Of a stretch of 64,000 nucleotides of DNA, positions 12,549-25,720 are shown in pieces; positions within the stretch are counted from its first letter, which is position 1; the number at the start of each line of letters is the position of its first letter. Both the position numbers and the translations under genes were made by a program. The stretch spans positions 8,060,001 to 8,124,000 of the forward strand of contig OX597832.1 of assembly GCA_951406725.2 (NCBI GenBank), written 5' to 3'. The notes below the pieces were generated by a model. The model saw nothing but the letters and a program-made list of their open reading frames with translations. It made no database searches and was not told where the DNA came from. The stretch is from Octopus vulgaris. Taxonomy: Eukaryota.

Positions 12549-13483
12549 CAGGGGTTGGACTAAGTAATGGAAACACCGATCCCAATGGTTTCCCTTCGAG
12601 GCAGAAGTAATAGTAAAGACTATTTAATCATTTTATCTGATCACATATATCCTCTGGTTGCGGAACTGCTTCCGGAGGGAAACGCAATCTTTCAGGATGA
12701 TAATGTACCAATTCACATAGCTAAAGTTGTTATTGATTGGCACGAGGAACATTCTAGAGGAGTTGAACATCTTATCTGGCCATCACGGTCACCACATCTC
12801 AACATTACTGTACTTTTATGGTGAATTTTAGAAAAGCACAAAGGTGTCGATACCCTCCAACATCATCACTAGAAGAACTGGAGACTGTTTTAGCTGAATA
12901 ATTGACAAAATTCAATTTGAAAACAATTGAAACTTTGCACGACTGCATGTCTAGTAGAATTCCAGGTGTAATTACTGCCAAAGGCGGGGATCCTTTCGGT
13001 TTGAACGGCAGTTTTTTCTAGCGGTGACATATGAAATTGTCACCTATAATTATGACTCTAGTATCGATCTATTGCATTTCAATCTGTTTTAAGGTTAGCG
13101 TTAGGAGTGGGGGAAGCGTATCTTTTTTTCTTCACAAATGTAAATAAACCCAATCTGTTTCTTAAACGAGGGACATATTCATACGGCACAAAATGTTTTC
13201 ACCTCAATAGGCGTCAGTGATTGGTTGAAATTGCAGAAATTGAATTAAAAAAACAAACAAGAAATATCTTACAAACTATAGAATGTTCTCAATAAAGCCG
13301 AGAGAAAAAGATGTTTTATAAACACATTCTACCAGTATATGAAGTTTAAATTTTTTTAGCTACCTAGAAATTATGTTAAAAACTGCCGTTCAAACCGAAA
13401 AGATCCAAAAGGCGGTCCTACCCGGTATTAAAATATTTTTTTTTGAAATTTTAAGGTGTTTCCATTATTTTGTCCAGTACCTT
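12549..13483 (+). mobile_element. Tc1 element, internally deleted, retaining transposase C-terminus
   Basis: TA|CAGGGGTTGGACTAAGTAATGGAAACACC with an inverted copy at 13455-13483|TA. Encodes IFQDDNVPIH..LIWPSRSPHLNI..LW and, after removing the nested MITE, RIPGVITAKGGPTRY*. Confidence 0.92.
12988..13406. mobile_element. MITE (419 bp) nested in the Tc1 element
   Basis: TIR GGATC(C/T)TTTCGGTTTGAACGGCAGTTTTT at both ends; flanking duplication caaaggcgg (12979-12987) / aaaaggcgg (13407-13415). Confidence 0.9.
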
Positions 13484-14111
13484 TATCTATCTCTATGTGA
13501 TTTTATATACGCATGTATAAATTTGTATGTGTCAGTATGTGTGTGTATGTGTCTGTGTGTGCGTGCGAGAGAGAAGAATACAGCACGTGACCGAGTGAAA
13601 TGTAGCTATAAATTGTTGTTAATGAAGAAATAATGTAAGATCGGTTAAATACATCAATGTTTGATGTTCTTTTCATGAGTTATCTTTCGCGTAACAAAAA
13701 AGAAATAATTATCCGATAGGTTTATAGGAGTTTGATGTTTCTATTAAATCGTATTTCGAAATTCAGCTGAGCAAATTACATATGCTAACTCAAGCAAATT
13801 AAATAAGAACAGAGTGCAAAATAAGAGTGCAAACTTTTATTTCATCATTTAATCTTGATATTCATGAATTCTTAAATAATGTGAAATTAAGTAGAAAAGT
13901 GAAGTATACAAATTATGGCAATAAAGTAAAATTCCTTCCCAATAAATATCAGTGTGCCGAGAGAAACCCACCGCCAAACAGATATTTGAAGTGCAATATG
14001 TACAGTGATCAACAGATAGCATTAACAGATACAATGTGCCCCAGTTTGTATCATATAATAATATAGATTTTAAACATTATAATATTCACAATTCTTAACG
14101 CTGTCATTGCT

Positions 14112-14318
14112 TATTTCTTTATTGCCCACAAGGGGCTAAATATAGAGGGGAAAAACAAGGACAGACCTCACTGCGTAAATGGTACTCAATTTATCGATAC
14201 CGAAAGGATGAAAGGCAAAGTGAACCTCGGCGGAATTTGAAATCAGAACGTAACGACCGACGAAATACCGCCAAATATTTCACCCCGCGTGCTAACGTTT
14301 CTGCCAGCTCGGCGCCTT
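14112..14318 (-). mobile_element. SINE family C copy
   Basis: Reverse complement of the 16643-17061 family sequence (aaggcgccgagctggcagaaacgttagcacgc...). Confidence 0.85.
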
Positions 14319-14448
14319 GTAATTCCTGTTAAGGGATTGAAGGAATTTTTCGTTTTACGGAAAAGGAAATAAATTAATTATAAAGGCTTACAGCTCCTGA
14401 GTATCCTCTATAAGATCTCTCCTTTAAAAAGCAATATTCTTCAAGATA

Positions 14449-14790
14449 TGAGGCGTAGTCAAAAAGTATCCTACATTTGGTCAAAAAGCAAGTTATATTA
14501 ATAAAACTCACCGTGCTTTCATTATATCTCCTTCAGTGTATTCGCCTTGGAAGTAAACATACTTCTGCCAGCGTTCTTGCTGTTACTGGAAACATTTCTG
14601 GAAATCATTTTCTGAGATGCTGTATAGCTGTGCCGGCAAATTTTGCTTAATGTCCTCTGTTGACTCAAATCTTCTCCTTTTGGGTGTTTTTTTTCTTTCG
14701 AGCTTTGAGAAGAGCCAAAAAACACATGGCGCCAAGTCAGGGGAGTAGGAAGCCTGACGAACAAGTGGTATTTTTTTTTATTTAGCCAAG
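14449..14790 (-). mobile_element. Mariner transposase 3' fragment with terminus
   Basis: Minus-strand YSPDLAPCVFWLF and DFQKCFQ*QQERWQKYVYFQGEYTEGD; terminus-like tatgaggcgtagtcaaaaagt at about 14449. Confidence 0.85.
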
Positions 14791-16642
14791 TTTTTAGTCT
14801 ATAATTGTAAGCTAGTACCTTCTAAATTACAAGATATTTAGCCACTATTTCTAAAACATAGAGCGATCAGGTATTGTAATACTTGCTTCATCTAGATATG
14901 AACATATATATCAGTATAAAGCTGTATGTTTAATTAGATGATAGATATGTAACAATGTGGTTCTGTTTCTATTTATATAACCGCAACTAGAAGATTAAAC
15001 CACAATTTCCATTTACTGTTCATAAGAATTTATTCCATATTACAATGTAAATACAACGTTGCCTTATAAGAATTACATAATTTTACAAACTGCTTTTAGC
15101 ACTTCTACATGATAATCCATCCAGTTGAAATGGCATCTAAATATCACTGAAATTACAAACTACTTTCATAACAAAGAAAAGAGATTTTGAATAATGGTTA
15201 TAAACATACTATTGTTTTCAAATGAAAATATTATGATCACAACTAAATCGCCATTCATCACGGATCAGCTCCGTCCTGAGGTTCAATAATAACAAAATCA
15301 ACAACAGCAACAGCAACTTATATATAGGTTCCTATGCACGATCATATAGAAACAGTAGCTAAATCTCCCTGAAATTACTCTGTCGTCTTCGAAGTAAGTC
15401 TTTCGGTATGGCTTATAGAGGAACGTTTTTGATAAAAAAAAATCTAGCTGTATTAGAAATGACCTGATGATAAGGAGAAATAAGGCGATTATACCATCGA
15501 ACCAAAAGTGGTTGCGAGAAATAGTGGCTAAATCTTTCTCGAATCATATCCGACTATCCTAAAAACAACGAAAATTTAATTTAGTACAGTCTCCAAAGAT
15601 AATGCAGTCTCCAAAAATAATAGTTGCCTAAAAATTTGGAATAGTCACAAAAGAATTGACGTTATAGTTTTGCAATATCTGGAATAGCCTAGAGTCGAAG
15701 AATAGCAACAAATTAAATAATACATTCGAACCAGAGTCAGAATTACTGGTTTGATGCACAGACTGCGAAATAGCAGTCAACACTTTCTGCTGCAAGGTTT
15801 TCGCTAATTGGCTTAGATCTGTAATTGGCTAACCCTATTCGTAAGCAAGTAACTTCTCAAATCGCTCTATAGTCTCTTTAAATTAAAAGGGAAGAAAATA
15901 TGTTTGAAGATAGATATCGGAATACATGTAGATTATAGTTAAGTGACCATCAGCTGATCTCGAATCGATTAGCCAGCTCTATGATTAATGGCATTTAAAT
16001 TGGGGTCATCCGGATTTCATAAATAGGTCTCAAACCCTGAAGTGCTTTCCCATTTGTTAAGGTACTAGCTGGTAATTATAATCTGCTGGATAATGGTCAC
16101 GGTCGGATTGTCATTGATCAAAACTGCTTTGCACAAAACAAAAGCAGAGCAATTATGAAGTGTATCATCATCATTTAACTTCCGCTTTTCCACACTTGCC
16201 TGGTTCAGATATAGTTTACTGAAGCAGGAAGTGTAGCCATGTGCTGTTCTTGTCCACAAGGCTCGACAGTTTCCAAGCAGATGAATATTTACAACCATCG
16301 GGCAACGTGAAGAGAAGATGCAACTATATTCCATTCTCTCTCTTTCTCTCACACACACATTTCTAAACGTGTTTCCGATTATCAATTGGAATATCTTATT
16401 GTTGGAGTTACACTGGATTACCTTACGCTTTGATTACACTACTCACACACACACACACACACACACATGCACATACACACTCACGCACATACATACACAT
16501 TCACAAACACACAGACTCCCACTCCAACCCACACTCGCATATATACTTTCCATAGGCTTCTTTCAACTTCATTCTACTAAATACACTCGTCCACACGCAG
16601 AAAGTTGAGATTGTATATACAGGAGTGGTGTTGGTCACATAT

Positions 16643-17061
16643 AAGGCGGCGAGCTGGCAGAGACGTTAGCACGCCGGGCGAAATGCTTAGCGGTATTTCG
16701 TCTGCCCATACGTTCTGAGTTCAAATTACACCGAGGCCGACTTTGCCTTCCATAATTTCGGGGTCGATAAATTAAGTACCAGTTACGCACTGGAGTCGAT
16801 ATAATCGACTTAGTCCGTGTGTCTGTCCTTGTTTGTCCTCTCTGTGTTTAGCCCCTTGTGGGTAGTAAAGAAATAGGTAATTTCGTCCGCCGTTACGTTC
16901 TGAGTTCAAATTCCACCGAGGTCGAATTTGCCTTTCATCCTTTCGGGGTCGATTAAATAAGTACCAGTTACGCACTGGGGTCGATGTAATAGATTTAATC
17001 CGTTTGTCTATCCTTGTTTGCCCCTTCTGTGTGTAGCCCCTTGTGGGCAATAAAGAAATAG
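16643..17061 (+). mobile_element. SINE family C with tandem duplication of body and tail
   Basis: Unit 1 (16643-16876) has the head. Unit 2 (16877-17061) repeats tttcgtc...gccccttgtggg..taaagaaataggt. Confidence 0.9.
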
Positions 17062-17114
17062 GTATTGGTCACACATGAGCTCGATTTGCGCTGATGTTTC
17101 ATTAATACTAAACT

Positions 17115-17146
<32 letters not shown>

Positions 17147-17676
17147 AAACAACAACGACAACGATAATACATCGTTATCTTGTTGGGTGTGTCTTTGGCA
17201 AGTGTCGTTGACAAAATACGAACTCGGTCATTTATTTTTTAGCACGTAACAATGATCTTTCGTTTCTTACAGAAATTCTGGCATGAAACCACTCGAGTGA
17301 ACACATAATATGGAAATAACTCAATGTAAATACATTCAAATAGCATTTGGTGAGACAAACTGTCGTTAGTTGTATGTTTAACTGGCTGTGGATATGTTCC
17401 AATGTAGTTTTATTCAATATGTTGCACTGACAATTTACAAATCTAAAATAATTTAAGCAGTTCCTGATATTGACATCAAACAACATTGATTTGGCATTAC
17501 TGAGACAGAATTAATCCAACATTTTCATCACGTTTAATCAATACAAACCCACTCCATACAGAAACTACCTTATTAAATATGCCTCCAGCAGGCGCGAGAC
17601 ATTGCAAGATTGCCAATGATCTATCAGATCTATCATTTATATGCTATCTCACATACATGCTGGACTGGCAGAAAAC

Positions 17677-17743
<67 letters not shown>

Positions 17744-17749
17744 ACGAAA

Positions 17750-17813
<64 letters not shown>

Positions 17814-17968
17814 GTGTGTGTGCATTCATGTGTGTGCGAGTGTGAAGTGGTGTATGTATATGTTAGTCATATGTGTGTCTGTGTTTGTAGTATATGTATA
17901 CATACACAAAAATGTATGTGCGCATCTGTGTTTATGTGCACGTACACACACACATCCATATCTATATC

Positions 17969-18016
<48 letters not shown>

Positions 18017-20144
18017 CTCTTCCTCCTTTTCTGCTTTTCTCTTTCTCATATACACACGCACTTACACATACATGAATAGGCACATACATGACTTCTCTAC
18101 AATGGAAAATTTTGTGAGAACATTAGCCAGTAAGTAGCTATGTGTAGTTTCATCGTGTTTCTTTTTGTGAGTGTGTGTGTTCTTGTAAAATCTTGTCTCT
18201 TCCAGTTCCCTGATGATTTTCAGTATTAGATGTTCTATTTTATTCCAGAATTATGTATGTAATGCAAATGATACACAAGGAATAAATATTTATAAACAAT
18301 GTAACACGTTGTAAGGTCTCGTCTATTCATCTTCGTAGTCTTTCATCTCTGTCATCTACAGACTGGCTATAGCAAATAGATTATTTTATCAGGATTTCAC
18401 AGAATAATAATATCGAATAAAGGGTGCTACGATTTTTTTTCTTTATTTCCATATTATTTTAGGCTTCTCATGTGGTAAATTCACGTTGAGCATTCGTATT
18501 GAATATTGCAAAGATGGCGACACCGAATTTTATATATTTTTTTATACTCTTCACTGGTTTTTGTTTTAATTTTATTTTTCTTTACCCTCTTACATTATAG
18601 GAAAATGTAATAGCAATTTCTTACACTGATAACAAAATATACATTTACATTGGTAGCATATTTGGGGATGAAGCAAACTAGTGTAAATGGAGCTAAGTAA
18701 TTGGCCGGTACATAAATTAGCTGCGAAGGGAAAACCTGAATTATAAACTAAGAGGTCAAATAGAAACGGTGTTCGACAAATTTCTCGGCGATCTGATGAC
18801 TTTGCAATCACTTGTCTTAGCTAAATGGAAAAATAATAGAAATGTCCATAGATGATATATAACAATTTGCACAACACGTATACAAACAGCGGCAATAATG
18901 TATTGCATCTCCAAAAGACATGCTGTTCTGTATGTCATTACTCCGTATACCATTACTTGCGTTACATGCAGAGAAACAGTGAATGGATCTCCGTCGGTTT
19001 CGACGATGATTATTTAAAGGTTTTTATCTTAGGAACTATATTTTACGTGGCAGATTATTCCATATGCAGGTGTATCCTTTATGGAATCCGCAGGCGAAAT
19101 AAACATTACGCAACGATTTACATGCATGAAATTTAGACTGCGGTTACAGTCTATCTGAAGTTTTCTATCTGACATTAATACTATATCAATAAAATGTCCA
19201 AAAATACATTGAATCAATAAAAGATTTAAAATGTACAAATACTTTCGAAACATCCAACAGAGCTAACATTAAAAAGCACAGCAGAGGGTGACACTAACTA
19301 CATTCCAAATATAATAATGAATGGAATAACAACGCCCCACCTAGCAAGAATCCGCCAGCGTTTTAATACAAAAATAAGGATACGTTAAGTCTAAAACCAT
19401 GCGTGTATAAGGATTGTATGTGTATGTGTATGAATGTAAATGTTTGTATGTATATGTGTGTTTTATTAAATTTGATCTTTTTTGAATTTGAATATGAAAA
19501 CATGCCTTGAAACAATATTATGTTTTGGACAAATGATGTTGTGAAAGCCTTAAACACATTCAACTTTTGTTGGCTCTTAATGTTTGCTTTATGTTTTCTT
19601 TTTTCCTGGAAATTTGCATTCGCATTATTCACCACGCATACACACCTACACACAAACTGATACGAGACACACACACATGCACACAGAGATGCAACACATA
19701 CAGACACATACACATACACATACACACACATATTCTTACGCTGGCAACAACGGAAGGAAACAAAAGAAACAAATGATGTAAATACATTAATAAAAACTGA
19801 ATCTATACCATCACTATTATCACAGGTTTGCCACACAAAGATAACAAAACAGCAGAACGGAAGAAAAACACGTTAATAAACCTGAATCATTTGACAACGA
19901 AAATCTATTCAGAAGTTCACGGAAATAGCGTGAATGAAAATATCTGGAAAACTAAATAATATAGTTAAAACGAAGAAACAACAACAAGTGAGCGTGTTTA
20001 TTTATAGCCTTCAACAATATCACTATTCTTAAACTATAACAATATTGTTTCAACACACGGTTTCATATCAAAATTCCATGAAGTCAAACTTAGCACACAC
20101 ACACACACAAATACACATGCATATATAAACAGTTATGTATGTAT

Positions 20145-21690
20145 AGAGCAACCTCGGTTCTCGACCATAATTTGTTCAGAAAGTCTGTTCTAAAACTGAA
20201 TTGTTCGAGAATCGAATCATTTTTTCCCCCATTATAATAAATGTAACAGAGATTACTTCGTTTCCAAGCAACAGATGAATGCTTATTTACATACTTACAC
20301 TATATATTTTAGTATAAATATGTATGTTCAAACTGTAAATAACACATAAAATCTGTTATTTCATAGTAACTTCTGGTAGCTGTCTTCCAGGGGTTTCTTC
20401 CCTTCTCTGTCGCTTTGGCTGAGGTAAATCTTTCTGTAAAAACCTATTCACTGTTGTTTTTGCTTGCACTGTAAAATCTTTCTAAAATAAAACATAACAT
20501 TGTTATTGGAAATGTTTACTGCTCTATTTGCTAGCACTGTATCAGGGTGATATCTTACTACAAATCTTTGGACATCACCCCATTTACCACAGATTTCTTT
20601 GTTTAAAAATCTTGGGACATCCTCCTTTGCTTCCTCGATCTCAGATATTCCCTCAGTCCAAATCTTTTGCTGTTCATTTTGAAGGTGTACGAGCTCTTCT
20701 GTGGTAAGCTCATTACGGTGGTCTTCCGCCAGCTCTTCAGTAACTTCACTGTCGACATTCAAGCCCATATTTTTTCTCATAGAGATAATATCATGAACAA
20801 TAGCAATTTCCTTCACAGCACCTGTACCTGTAGCTGTCTGAAAACCCTCAAAGTTTTGTTCTGGTATACACTCTGGCCAAAGTTTCCTCCATGCTGAATT
20901 CATGGTTCTGTAACTCATTTGGTTCCATGAATTATCAATAAGATTAACACAATACAGAATATTAAAATGATTTTTCCAAAACTCTCTAAGTGTCATTAGT
21001 GACTTGAAGACACTTTCGAAACAGGACTTTTGTTTAAAGTTTCTTAAAGTTTGCAATGACCTGTTGGTCTATTGGCTGTATTAGAGGTGTTGTGTTAGCT
21101 GGCAGTATTTGACCTGAATAAAATCAAACGCTTCGAGTATAGTCACCCTCCAAACCTCCAGGGTGATCGCGAGCATTGTCTAACACGAGAATACTCTCCA
21201 TAACATTGTTTCCATGCCTAATTACACTGTGTATTTCACTTCTCTTCTTAAATTTCTTGAACTATCTTCTTCTACCTTTGAATTCAAAAGTATCACTTCC
21301 AGCACTTGTACCAGGGTACCAGGGGTTTTCTTTACTATTTCGTTATAAATTTCTAATGGCATCTCACAAAAGATGCTTGACTGATACAGACACATGCTAA
21401 CTGTTTCTCATTTATAAAATTAAGCAATAACGTTTCCACTTTTTCGAGTATCTTTGGTCTTTGTTTATTAATAACAGTTACTTCTTTTGCAAAATCAGCT
21501 GCTTTTATCACTTCCTTATTTTTTAGAATAGTAGATATTTTCGATTTAGGCAAACTGTACTACGCAACGAGAGCAGACACTCGAACACCATTTTCGTTTT
21601 TTGCGATAATTTATCTCCAATTTTCTTTTTCCTTTAACATTATCACTGGTAAAGCTAGCTTACTTTGGAGCCAAGATTAAGGGCTAATGA
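20145..21690 (-). mobile_element. Tigger/pogo transposon fossil
   Basis: HTH region IIAKNENGVRVSALVA*YSLPKSKISTILKNKE..VETLLLNFINEKQLA (21353-21610) and DDE_1 C-terminal region TLREFWKNHFNI..MNSAWRKLWPEC..ELTTEEL (ORF 20448-21056). Terminus-like agagcaacctcggttctcga at about 20145. Confidence 0.9.
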
Positions 21691-21696
21691 AGAGAA

Positions 21697-22005
21697 AAAA
21701 TCTCCAATCTGATATGATACACACGGACCCGAGTTTCTGGGTATTGACCCGTCATCAGCGTGTGACAATCACCGGTTGTCGATGTGAAGTGGTTCTCAAT
21801 GCAAATATATATATTATATCCTTTTTCCCGTGACGAAAAGTCGCTGATCTCGAAAGAGTGTAAACAAGCAATAATAAGTCTTTGAGCGAGGTATAAACAG
21901 TAGCTACACGACATCGTGAAATATATTTGCCACATAAATGTGGCTAACCCTTAAGAGTTGATGCTACTGTAGCTTGTAGACCCAGGAGGACACCTCCTCC
22001 AGCTA
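21697..22005 (-). mobile_element. Non-coding hammerhead-containing repeat (retrozyme / PLE pLTR-like), copy 1
   Basis: Homologous to 49377-49680 but circularly permuted; contains the hammerhead at 21720-21764. Confidence 0.75.
21720..21764 (-). ncRNA. Type I minimal hammerhead ribozyme motif
   Basis: CACACG-CUGAUGA-C GGGU caau ACCC A-GAAAC-ucgg-GUC^CGUGUG: perfect 6-bp stem I, intact core, 4-bp stem II with a C.A closing mismatch. Confidence 0.8.
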
Positions 22006-22039
22006 CATGAAACCACCAATGCCACAGGTAGGGGCATTT

Positions 22040-22870
22040 GGGTCTCCTAATGTTTTAGAACTGTCAATTAAAGTGTCTGTGTCTTGTTAACAGTTTTGAC
22101 CAGGAGGAAGAAATGCTGTGTGGACAATTTCTTTCGCATTGATGAGACAAATTAGCATCGTCTTGACATTGGACTTCACCTGATGCGCATTTTGGTTGGC
22201 GTGGTGACATTGAATGCTTCAATTAACGTAATTGCTGCTTCGGTTGCGGGTCGTAGCCAGCTTTCCTCACCAATGATGACCTTCGGAAAAAGGTCAGGAT
22301 CAATTTCCAAATGTTCCTTCAGTTCAAGACACGCATTCAGTCGTGACTGCTTTTGATCTTCTTTGAGCAAGCGAGGCACACATTTTGCTGCAATTCTTTT
22401 CATTCGCAATTCACCGCTCACAATTCGCTAGCAAGATTTTCAGGACACACCGGCCATACCAACAGTTTCGTCAATTGTTCGATGATGGCCTCCAAGATCA
22501 ATGAGTTCATGAATTTTCATGAAGTTTACATTCGTTCGGGAGGTAGAAAATGTCCTGAACGTGTTTGGTCTTCAAGCGACAAGTGACCATTTTTAAAGCG
22601 TGAAAACTACTCGTACATTTGTATTTTGCTCATGTCAGCGTCAATGTAATCTGTCTGAAGCATGAAAACTGTTTTGGCCGCCCGCCGTTTTCCTCAGCCG
22701 AAAACAATTTCACAGAAACGCACCGTTCCTTTCGCAAAAAATGACGAACAGGGAGACTCACTGCAAAACAAACACACATCACGTGGCAGTAATTCTCGAC
22801 CTGATGACGCCGGTCGGCAGGCTGACACCTAATAATTGAGTGGCAATTGATACCTAATAGATGAATGGAA
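22040..22870 (-). mobile_element. Mariner transposon fossil (5' half)
   Basis: ELRMKRIAAKCVPRLLKEDQKQSRLNACLELKE..FPKVIIGEESW (WVPR and TGDESW motifs degenerate); related to 27290-27800. Confidence 0.88.
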
Positions 22871-23656
22871 ATTGAACCGGGGAGTGTGTTAATTAATAAG
22901 ATATTAAAACAGAATGACTCTTCAGAGACACTACAAAATACATATAAGTACATCAACGAAAATTCGTCACATTCCTACACATATAGTGAAAAGTCATTTC
23001 TGTTTGATTTCCTCGTTGGTTATATAATGTGAAGTCTAAATATGTGCCTGGAGCTATACAGTAAAGTGACGGACATACAACTAATCAAAACAAATATTAG
23101 TTCAAATAATCGCTTATTTAAGTTGTCTGAAAAAGTGACTACTGCCATGAATTTATATGAATCCAAATTAAACAAGATGGGAGTATGGATCTAAAATTTA
23201 ACACGAAAAGAAATGAATTCCCAGAGTCAATAGTCATAGAGCTGATTGTGAATAGGCGTCAGAACAGATTGAAGGCAGTGACTATTTACTCAATCTTGGA
23301 TAGAAACAGTTAATATTAATCAACGTATTAAGTACGCGAATAAAAATTTAAAACAGAATACCAAGTAATTCACTTGGCATTGTCCTCGGTTATATCACAT
23401 AGTTTTTCGTTATTTTGTTTAGAGTTTAGTCATTATCATTCAGCAATGCTTGGAAGGGAAACATACACCTACGAGCATATTGGAACGGAGCAAGTGCAGT
23501 AAATGTGAATGTGAATAGCCATAATTTTAAATGAGAAAGTATTTGACGAACTTATAAAAAATATTTCATGCATATCTGACGGCAGACAAATACACCCATA
23601 AAACATGTATAGATACATATATACGTACATACATACATACATGCATACATACATAC

Positions 23657-23721
<65 letters not shown>

Positions 23722-23866
23722 TATGCATGTATGTATATACACACACAATATACAGTATATCTCCTATTTTACATCGATATTTCATTCAATTTCTTTAAAT
23801 ATTGTATACATTATTGCACACTAGTATACATACATATACGCAAGCATATATATTTATGAATATCAC

Positions 23867-23976
<110 letters not shown>

Positions 23977-24317
23977 GTATCTCATTATCTATATATCTGC
24001 GTATATAAGTACTTATAAATATATACATTTATGCGTGTATATCTATGAGACAGTGATGCAACTTAGCATCCATAAAATTTGGTATTTTTCATGACAAATA
24101 TGAGAAATGATTCTAAAATAGTTTATTAACATATGTCTGTGCGTGGATTTTTGTGTGCATTTTTATTAATGTCTCTGCCTATACGTGATTACATACGCAA
24201 GCTTGTTGATTGGTATATAAGATAAATATATTTTAATGTTTATATTCACTTGTTAATACACACACATATGTATCTATATGTATATGTATCTTTTGAATAT
24301 GCGAATATAAACATTGA

Positions 24318-24350
<33 letters not shown>

Positions 24351-24375
24351 GTGCATATGTGTTTATATGTCTATA

Positions 24376-24434
<59 letters not shown>

Positions 24435-24460
24435 ATATGTGTTTATATGTCTATATATGT

Positions 24461-24491
<31 letters not shown>

Positions 24492-25149
24492 CATACATAC
24501 ATATATTTATATATATATATATATATATATATAGGAAAAAAGCAACAAGAATGGATTATATATATATATATAACTGTATATCCTATAGATTCATCGAAAT
24601 AGAATTTCAAATAAATGAATATTTGGACACAAAGAAGTAAATATACATATATATATATATATATACACATTGGGTATGAGAGGGAGAGTGTGAGTGAGCA
24701 AGTGTGTATGTACTTTCCGTTATAATCTGATGGCAGCAGATGGCTGGCGTGTCTTAAAACTTGAGAAAAAATAGAATTTCTTATTCAAACAATTCAAACA
24801 AAACTGTTGATTCTCCGGAAATGAGCAGGAAAGATTTTTCAATCGTTTTAATTAAACTGCATTAGAATATTTCGCATCGAAAATTTCACAGAAATTCTAT
24901 CTTAATACAAATTCTAGTCTATTCATCAATGTTTCTGTCTGTGCGTCGACCATCTTATTTTTTTAAATATGAATGACTCACTCGAAGACTTCCTAATCAT
25001 CTTTCAATCTATATATCTGCCTATCTGATTTTTTTCTGTATTTCTGTTCTTTTTTAGTATCTATCTGTTCGTTTCTAACTCGGTATCTATATACAGTCTT
25101 CATACAGAAGTAAGAGGAATTCTTGTTAAATCGACACATTATCTAGGAA

Positions 25150-25720
25150 ACATTTTTCTTTTCTTTTTTTTTTTTTTATCTAAGTTAACATACTACTCGT
25201 CTGTTTATTTGCTTGATTTAGAAAATTTCTAATAGCAAATGAAATTGTTATTTGCTTTAATTAAATCTCAGAAACTCGGTGAATCGAAAATAACATTTTT
25301 GGTCGTGAACCTATTTGTCCTATCATGTTTCCTTTGAGATTGGTTTGTCGTCGAGTTTTTTTTATTTATTAGAGATCTATGAAACGGATGCAGGGATATT
25401 TTATTTTTAGACTTTCTGATCATTCCATTTCAACATACTATATATTTGGTCATAAGCTGTCAAGTTATATCATGGCCTATCCGTTGGAATAGAACTTCAG
25501 TGGCAATTACTCCTGTGTGAAATTGGCTGATATTCTTCAACATAATGAACCATCTCTATGCTGGCAGTTGATGTCATTTCGACTTGACATCTACTTAACA
25601 CCAGATCCCTTATATATGACAGACGTAACATTTGCAGTCACATTATCAGCAATACATAAAATCTCAGCATTTGCTTGTTCACTCTAAGCGTGCCAGTTGT
25701 TTTTCTCAAGAATTCTTTAG
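25150..25720 (-). mobile_element. Possible very old piggyBac transposase remnant
   Basis: Frameshifted peptides EILCIADNVTANVTSVIYKG, YSMLKWNDQK and KTRRQTNLKGNMIG loosely follow piggyBac motif order. Confidence 0.3.
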
